The position numbers and the translations under genes are program-made. The notes below the pieces were generated by a model that saw only the letters and a program-made list of their open reading frames with translations, did no database searches and was not told the DNA's origin. From NCBI RefSeq assembly GCF_000284455.1, contig NC_017039.1:360001-392000 (forward strand): a stretch of DNA of 32,000 bases. Reading direction: 5' to 3'. This document shows, piece by piece, positions 26,177 to 32,000 of the stretch (the stretch's first letter is position 1; every line of letters starts with the position of its first letter). Origin of the DNA: Synechocystis sp. PCC 6803 substr. PCC-P (GTDB lineage: Bacteria; Cyanobacteriota; Cyanobacteriia; Cyanobacteriales; Microcystaceae).

Positions 26177-26719
26177 ATGCAACTTAATCAATACCAGCAA
26201 GGAGAATATCACCCTGGAGCCCCGCTGTTTAAACAATTGCTATGGTATTCCATTGGGGATTTTTTAGTCCAAACGCCCCTACTGCCCATGGCCAGGCTGA
26301 AGGTAGCTATCCTGCGATTATTCGGGGCCAAAATTGGTACAGGAGTTAATATCAAACCCCACGTCAAGATCAAATTCCCTTGGCGGCTAACCCTGGGCAA
26401 TTACGTTTGGCTGGGGGAAAAATGTTGGATTGATAACCTCGCCCCGGTTACCATTGAGTCCCATGTGTGTATTTCCCAGGGCGTTTACCTATGCACTGGC
26501 AACCACGATTGGAGTAAACCCAGCTTTGACCTAATCACCAGTCCGATTCACATCGCCGCTGGCAGTTGGATCGGTGCTAGCGCCGTTATTGGACCTGGAG
26601 TACGGGTGAATGAAAAGGCAGTTTTGACTTTGGGGTCTGTGGCTGTCAAAGATTTGGCGGCTATGACCATCTACTCTGGCAATCCCTGTCAGCCGGTCAA
26701 AAAACGGCAACTCCTCTGA
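26177..26719 (+). CDS. WcaF-like hexapeptide-repeat acetyltransferase
   Basis: LKVAILRLFGAKIGTGVNIKPHVKIKFPWRLTLGNYVWLGEKCWIDNLAPVTIESHVCISQGVYLCTGNHDWSKPSFDLITSPIHIAAGSWIGASAVIGPGV. Confidence 0.92.
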   Translation: MQLNQYQQGEYHPGAPLFKQLLWYSIGDFLVQTPLLPMARLKVAILRLFGAKIGTGVNIKPHVKIKFPWRLTLGNYVWLGEKCWIDNLAPVTIESHVCISQGVYLCTGNHDWSKPSFDLITSPIHIAAGSWIGASAVIGPGVRVNEKAVLTLGSVAVKDLAAMTIYSGNPCQPVKKRQLL

Positions 26720-26779
26720 AATTACGCCAGGTAAAAACTAACTTTTGTTGTTAGTACCTTTAGGGATTTGATCTAATTA

Positions 26780-28057
26780 TTGATGAAGCTAACCATTCTT
26801 AACCAATTTTATCCCCCTGACTATGCGGCCACGGGGCAACTGCTAGAAGAACTGTCCATCGAACTGTCCAAAAAAGAGCTTGATGTGCAAATTTTTGCTG
26901 GGCAACCGGGTTATGCATTTGATCAGGAACTTGCCCCATCCCAGGAAGTCTCTCAGGGAGTTTTGATCAGAAGAACTAGGACTTCCCGCCTCTGGCCCCA
27001 GAGATTACGGGGGCGGGCGATCGCCGGAATTTTGTATTGTTTACGCGCCATCGTCAAACTCAGATTAGGGAGCAGACTGGGGGATTTGATTCTTGTTACT
27101 ACAGAGCCTCCCTACCTAATGGTGGTGGCCTATATCCTGCATTTGTTATACAAAAAACCCTATATCTGCCTGATTTATGATCTCTACCCCGATGTGGCAG
27201 TGAAGTTGGGGGTGGCGAAGGAAAAGGATGCCATTGTTAAATTGTGGCGTTGGCTAAATCGTTTAACTTGGCAAAAGGCAGAGGCTATTATTGTGCTCAG
27301 CGAGAGCATGGCTAAGGTGATCGCGGACCAACAACCAGCCCTAGCAGGGAAAATTGAGGTGGTCCATAACTGGGCGGATGGAGTGTTAATCCAACCAAGG
27401 GCCAAAGCTGATAACTGGTTTGCCCAACGCCATGGCTTGGACCGGACATTTACCGTACTGTATTCCGGTAATCTGGGACGGTGCCACGACCTGGAAACTG
27501 TTATGGAAGCGGCTCGCCTACTGCAGCAAGAAGAAGTCCAGTTTGTTTTTATTGGAGCTGGTGCTAAGGCCCCAGTCTGTCAAGAATTCGTACAACGCCA
27601 CCAGTTAACTAATTGTTTATTTTTGCCCTTCCAACCCAAGCCGGTTTTGCCCTTTTCCCTCACCGCCTGCGACCTGAGCTTGGTTTCCATTTTGCCCCAG
27701 GTGGAAGGGCTGGTGGTCCCGAGCAAATTCTATGGCTGTTTGGCCGCAGGCACGGCGATCGCCGCCATTTGTCCCCCCCATTCCTATTTACGGGAAATTA
27801 TTGCCGAAGCTCAATGTGGAGCAACCATTGATAACGGAGACGGGGCAGGATTGGCTCAATTTATCCTTCAACTTAAGAATAATCCCCGCCGAACAGCAAC
27901 CATGGGGCGTCGAGGCCGCCAATATTTTGAAGAAAACTTTACCCTGGACACCATTGCGGACCAATACCTATCTGTCATTACTAAAGTGGGCGATGAAGAA
28001 GTCGCCAAGCTCCAAGCAAATAAATTCTGTAACCATCCTGACTCAAGCTTGCTTTAA
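26780..28057 (+). CDS. WcaI-like GT4 glycosyltransferase
   Basis: LNQFYPPDYAATGQLLEELSIELSKK, VTTEPPYLMVVAYILHLL, YDLYPDVAVKLGV, YSGNLGRCHDLETVMEAARLL, VPSKFYGCLAAGTAIAAI. Confidence 0.93.
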   Translation: MMKLTILNQFYPPDYAATGQLLEELSIELSKKELDVQIFAGQPGYAFDQELAPSQEVSQGVLIRRTRTSRLWPQRLRGRAIAGILYCLRAIVKLRLGSRLGDLILVTTEPPYLMVVAYILHLLYKKPYICLIYDLYPDVAVKLGVAKEKDAIVKLWRWLNRLTWQKAEAIIVLSESMAKVIADQQPALAGKIEVVHNWADGVLIQPRAKADNWFAQRHGLDRTFTVLYSGNLGRCHDLETVMEAARLLQQEEVQFVFIGAGAKAPVCQEFVQRHQLTNCLFLPFQPKPVLPFSLTACDLSLVSILPQVEGLVVPSKFYGCLAAGTAIAAICPPHSYLREIIAEAQCGATIDNGDGAGLAQFILQLKNNPRRTATMGRRGRQYFEENFTLDTIADQYLSVITKVGDEEVAKLQANKFCNHPDSSLL

Positions 28058-28151
28058 CCAAAGGGTCTGACAAACAAGTCATCTGCCACCGGACAACTGA
28101 ATCAATCCACTTGTTAGCTACAGTGATGGCAGGAATTTAGGGTTTATCAAG

Positions 28152-29303
28152 TTGCTGACCAACATTTTGACCAAAATTGCATTGAGGCTCATACTGCCAA
28201 TCGTTTGCTTTACCCTGGTGGCCTGTGGGGTTTCCCCCGATGCGGTGCAAGCAGAGTCCCGCCTATTTTTACCCCTGTCCTTGGAATTTTTAGATAGCTA
28301 TACCCTACCGAAACAAGCAATAGAGGATTTACCGGTTGGAGGCATTTCCGACCTTACCTATGATCGCCAACAGGATCTTTTTTATGCCGTCACCGACGAT
28401 CGGCGATCGCCTCGGTTCTACACCATGCACCTCACCATAGTCCCTGGGCAAGAGGGCATCGGGATTGCCAAAGCAGAAATAGTGGGAATGACCAAGCTCA
28501 GAACCAGCGGAGGGGAAGCCTACGGTCGTCAATTGTTAGACCCAGAAGGCATTGCCCTGTCTCCCCGCCAAACCCTGTTCATCAGCAGTGAAGGGGTTTT
28601 ATCGAGCCAAAGCCCGCCCTTAATTGCCGAATTTGATCCCCAAACGGGTCAGGAGTTGGAGCGATTGCCCCTGCCCAGCCGATTTTTGCCCCAAGCAGAC
28701 CGACCCCAGGGCATCCGGGATAACTTCGGTTTTGAGGCTTTAACCATTGCCGCCACTAGCACCCTAGCGGACGATCCTTTTCGCCTTTTTACTGCCACGG
28801 AAAGTGTTTTAGCCCAGGACTTTGACCCGGAGAATCCCCCCCAAGAAATTCCCTTACGGTGGTTGCATTACGTAATTAACTCCGTCGGGGCACCAGTTTT
28901 AGTCAGTGAAAATCTTTACCCCCTTGATCCAGCTCCAGCGGGCACTCTGCTCCATGGCCTAAGCGCCATGGTGGCTTTACCCAGGGAAGGTTATTTTCTC
29001 ACTTTAGAACGAACCTTTGGACTGACGGGATTCCAGGGCAAAATTTTCCAAACGGTCAATGCCAATGCCACCGACACCAGCCGCATAGCTAGCTTTCAGC
29101 CTGGTACCAACACCATTAACCCGATGCGCAAAGAACTACTGCTCGATCTGGAGGATTTGGGCATTGAGTTGGATAATCTAGAAGGAATCACCCTGGGGCC
29201 CCGCTTACCAGACGGTTCCACCAGTTTAATTGCCATCAGTGACGATAACTTTAGTGGGGATCAAAGCACCCAAATCCTACTTTTCCGTTTGCAGGGGGTT
29301 TAG
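28152..29303 (+). CDS. Esterase-like activity of phytase family lipoprotein
   Basis: Lipoprotein-like signal LILPIVCFTLVACG; GISDLTYDRQQDLFYAVTDDR, ALSPRQTLFISSEG, LEGITLGPRLPDGSTSLIAISDDNF. Confidence 0.8.
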   Translation: MLTNILTKIALRLILPIVCFTLVACGVSPDAVQAESRLFLPLSLEFLDSYTLPKQAIEDLPVGGISDLTYDRQQDLFYAVTDDRRSPRFYTMHLTIVPGQEGIGIAKAEIVGMTKLRTSGGEAYGRQLLDPEGIALSPRQTLFISSEGVLSSQSPPLIAEFDPQTGQELERLPLPSRFLPQADRPQGIRDNFGFEALTIAATSTLADDPFRLFTATESVLAQDFDPENPPQEIPLRWLHYVINSVGAPVLVSENLYPLDPAPAGTLLHGLSAMVALPREGYFLTLERTFGLTGFQGKIFQTVNANATDTSRIASFQPGTNTINPMRKELLLDLEDLGIELDNLEGITLGPRLPDGSTSLIAISDDNFSGDQSTQILLFRLQGV

Positions 29304-30455
29304 CAACGGCGCCAAATGATCAATGACTGGTTCCCGGCCGACGGTTAGGTGGTGGGCCAGTTTTTGCGCTAGGGGCGGCACATAGACCAAGGGATGGGTG
29401 AAGCCGGTGAACAACACCAACCCCGGTAGATTAGGCATTTCCCCCACTAGGGGTAGGGTTTGGCCACTAAAGGCCACTAAACAATGGTGGGCGGTGACCG
29501 GCAGTAGGGCCAGGCGGGGTAAAATTTTGGCGATCGCCGTTTGTAGCTGCTGTTGGGCCCAGGCCAGGTCGGGATGATAGCGGGGGGAAGTCACCAGTTG
29601 GCTAATTTGACCGATGAATAATCTGCCATCGAAAAACTGCACCGCTCCGGGTTCCACAACCGTGGCGACGCAATGGTCATCGGGCCGATGCCAATCTAAA
29701 GTCGGGGCTAGGGCTTCTAAATTGGGGCGTTGCTGTAAATCCGCCGGCATAATCACACAGCGGAGATTTTCTTGGGTAGGGACTGTTTGCAGCACAGCGG
29801 CATGGGTGAAATAGAGGGGCAAATTAATACCCGACTCCGGTAGCAGAGCAAGGCTTTGACCCCCCCCCGCCAGAATAACGTTATGGGCAAAAAAGTTTCC
29901 CGCCCCAGTGTGGACCCCCTGCACCCGGTTTTGCTTGGTAATTAATCCTTGCACCTCGGTGATGCGGACTATGCCTCCTAGCCGGAGAAAGGCTTGGAGA
30001 TAGGCGTTAACGGTTTTGCCGCCGTGGCAGTGGCCCTGGGGCACCACAAATCCGCCGCCAATGCCGTCCGGGCTAAGTTGGGGTTCAATGGCGATCGCCG
30101 TTAAACGGTCCACCCATTGAGGCCGAATTAAACAATGGTCAAACTGCTTAGCTAGGGCCTGGGCATCATCCTCAGGACGGAGATAGAGTAATAGCTCTAA
30201 CTCTCGATATTCCGTTTCTCCCCCCAACTCCTGGCTCAAATGGGTCCAACGATAGCGACTTTCATGGCCCAATTGCCGCTGTAGAGGAGTGGCCCCAGCC
30301 CAATAGATAATGCCACCATAGCTCAGGGCCGTGGCGTTGATAGGCTGACGATGTTTTTCGAGTAATAGTACTCGTTGCCCTTGGTTTTGCAATTCATAGG
30401 CGATCGCCGCTCCGGTAATGCCGGCCCCGACCACAATGGCATCGAAATTTTCCAT
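29277..30455 (-). CDS. FAD-dependent oxidoreductase (DAO/glycine-oxidase-like)
   Basis: DAIVVGAGITGAAIAYELQNQGQRVLLLEKHRQPINATALSYGG; C-terminal LPLVGEMPNLPGLVLFTGFTHPL; convergent overlap with 28152-29303. Confidence 0.88.
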   Translation of the reverse strand: MENFDAIVVGAGITGAAIAYELQNQGQRVLLLEKHRQPINATALSYGGIIYWAGATPLQRQLGHESRYRWTHLSQELGGETEYRELELLLYLRPEDDAQALAKQFDHCLIRPQWVDRLTAIAIEPQLSPDGIGGGFVVPQGHCHGGKTVNAYLQAFLRLGGIVRITEVQGLITKQNRVQGVHTGAGNFFAHNVILAGGGQSLALLPESGINLPLYFTHAAVLQTVPTQENLRCVIMPADLQQRPNLEALAPTLDWHRPDDHCVATVVEPGAVQFFDGRLFIGQISQLVTSPRYHPDLAWAQQQLQTAIAKILPRLALLPVTAHHCLVAFSGQTLPLVGEMPNLPGLVLFTGFTHPLVYVPPLAQKLAHHLTVGREPVIDHLAPLLNPLQTEK

Positions 30456-30736
30456 TAACCTTGATTAACAATTTGGCCCAAGGCGGCAAAACCCGGCACT
30501 TTCCCCGCTGAGGCGGCACCATCTTTCTCCGAAACAATGACCGCACTAATCTGATCGCTCATAATGGCCACCTTTTTCTCCGTCTGCTTTTCACAGGTGA
30601 GTTCCAACACTTGGGGGCGATCGCCCTGCATGGCAGTGACAATGGTCTGATAGAGTGCTTCCGCCCCATCCTTTTCCTTGCGCTGTACGGACACGGGCAT
30701 GGGGGAATATTTAAGGGTCAAATCAATGCTGATCAT
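30455..30736 (-). CDS. UPF0367-family small protein
   Basis: Internal start of ORF 30455-30877 gives 93 aa: [38 protein letters not shown]...[43 protein letters not shown]. Confidence 0.82.
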   Translation of the reverse strand: MISIDLTLKYSPMPVSVQRKEKDGAEALYQTIVTAMQGDRPQVLELTCEKQTEKKVAIMSDQISAVIVSEKDGAASAGKVPGFAALGQIVNQG

Positions 30737-31006
30737 AGGGGAACCGTAAACGGGAAGTGGTGAAACAGTCTTGCGACTCTCCCTATCTAGGTTATAGTTT
30801 TTTTGCCAAGAAGGGGGGAAAGCACCAGTTCCCAGGGCACTAAACCGCCAAGCTGCAATCCTCGTTTGTTTAAACAACAGCGCGACAAAGTTGAAATACC
30901 TTTTCCATGGAAGACGTAAAATTCTTGATCGGCTCGATTTTATTTTAGTTAGCCATAAAATCCTAAGGTAATGTCGGGCAGTTCTACATGGATAAATGAA
31001 TAAACA

Positions 31007-31942
31007 CTAGTCCCCATGGGAGATCTGGTGCCAGGGGGGTAACTGGATTAAATCTTCCAGGTTGGCCTGCATAGTCTGGCAAATTTGGTCTAAGGGCAGA
31101 TCGTTGGCATCGTGGCCGAAGGGGTTTTCAATCTCCACTCCAATTTCTTCAATGCCGAAGACAGTGAAAGCGATAATTCCCACCACAAAAGCCGTGGCCC
31201 AATGGAGGGTATTCACAATCTGGAAAGGGGTAATGAAGCAATAGAGAAAGATTAGCTGGCGCAAATGGATGGCGTAGGCCAGGGGAATGGGGGTTTTTAA
31301 AATTCGTTCGCAACTGCCCAACACATCCACCATGGTGTCTACCAAGCGCAACATGGCGGTGAGCTGATAGGCATTAATATTGTTTTGGTCGTATTCCCGT
31401 TGCAGATAATTACTGATCCAAAAGGCGATTTCTAAGGGTGGATTATTTAGGTCCTCAAGCTTCCGGTAACCGGATTCCGGCAACAGAGCCCAAATTTCTT
31501 CATTTAGGGGTTGAGAGCGCAGGTGTAACTTTGTGGCCACGGCAAAGGCCACCAGAAGATGCAGAATTTTAATTTTGTCTTGGTGGGCTTGGGGACTGGG
31601 TTCTGCCACCGAAACCCAAATGATCCGAGAGAGGTTACGAATGGTGTTGACCATGGTGCCCCAAGCTTTGCGTCCTTCCCAAAAACGTTCATAGGCGGTG
31701 TTGGTGCGAAACACTAACAGCAATCCCAACACAATGCTGGGCACAATGCTCTCCTGGATGGGAATGGAAAATTTATATCCCCAACCATCCACCAGGGTCA
31801 CCCCCAGGGAAAAGGCCATACACACTAGCACCCGGGAGGCGATCGCCGGAATAACGGAACCTTGCCAACGCAGCAGTATGTCCGTCCATATGCGGGGCGA
31901 TCGGGATGGATGGTGGCTGAAAAAGCTCAAGAATTTGCTCAA
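31007..31942 (-). CDS. Bestrophin-like (UPF0187) membrane protein
   Basis: LGLLLVFRTNTAYERFWEGRKAWGTMVNTIRNLSR, PIPLAYAIHLRQLIFLYCFITPFQIV, FGIEEIGVEIENPFGHDANDLPLDQICQTM. Confidence 0.93.
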   Translation of the reverse strand: MSKFLSFFSHHPSRSPRIWTDILLRWQGSVIPAIASRVLVCMAFSLGVTLVDGWGYKFSIPIQESIVPSIVLGLLLVFRTNTAYERFWEGRKAWGTMVNTIRNLSRIIWVSVAEPSPQAHQDKIKILHLLVAFAVATKLHLRSQPLNEEIWALLPESGYRKLEDLNNPPLEIAFWISNYLQREYDQNNINAYQLTAMLRLVDTMVDVLGSCERILKTPIPLAYAIHLRQLIFLYCFITPFQIVNTLHWATAFVVGIIAFTVFGIEEIGVEIENPFGHDANDLPLDQICQTMQANLEDLIQLPPWHQISHGD

Positions 31943-32000
31943 AATTTGCTCTCCCCCAACTTAGATAAACATTGCCAATCTAGGGGAATAATGGCCACAG

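Larger units (their letters stand above)
22392..31999. repeat. Dense HIP1 (GCGATCGC) palindromes, 12 copies
   Basis: Read at 23100, 23272, 24249, 25395, 27017, 27755, 28403, 29530, 30091, 30400, 30617 and 31839. Only four were spotted in the first 22.3 kb (118, 14122, 20481, 20748). Confidence 0.88.

Noticed and set aside
30737-30877. N-terminal 47-aa extension of the UPF0367-family ORF
   Set aside because: The conserved family sequence begins at [12 protein letters not shown]; the extension looks like translated upstream region.
31698-31964. Plus-strand ORF 31698-31964
   Set aside because: It is antisense to the well-supported bestrophin gene and has no motif.

Overview
Cyanobacterial chromosomal window, Synechocystis-like by its GCGATCGC (HIP1) palindromes and gene content. 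About 1-22.3 kb is a long, mostly co-directional (+) and largely AT-rich surface-polysaccharide/glycan biosynthesis cluster. It encodes a DegT aminotransferase, an ATP-grasp enzyme, a phosphatase-like/SDR fusion, methyltransferases, a CmcI-like methyltransferase, many GT2/GT4 glycosyltransferases, galE, gmd and a Wzy-like membrane protein. It is interrupted by a 947-bp IS630/Tc1-mariner (ISY100-like) element and by a two-gene toxin-antitoxin-like cassette. About 22.3-26.1 kb is a mosaic in which five full or partial copies of one short gene family (MASFLALLPRS...SFLQEYGE) alternate with hicBA, a DUF4258/DUF2283-like pair and two Uma2-type genes. A galE 3' remnant is also stranded there. About 26.2-28.1 kb has a WcaF-like acetyltransferase and a GT4 enzyme. 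The remainder looks like ordinary chromosome: a phytase-like esterase lipoprotein, an FAD oxidoreductase, a UPF0367 protein and a bestrophin. Strongest leads: the alternating repeat/cargo array with two frame-conserved overlapping ORFs in each full copy; a CX5R-phosphatase-like/SDR fusion translationally coupled to an ATP-grasp and an aminotransferase gene; an FkbM gene split by one in-frame TAA; and a remnant second CmcI gene directly abutting a toxin gene. No rRNA, tRNA or CRISPR was identified. Product calls come from reading motifs by eye, not from database searches.
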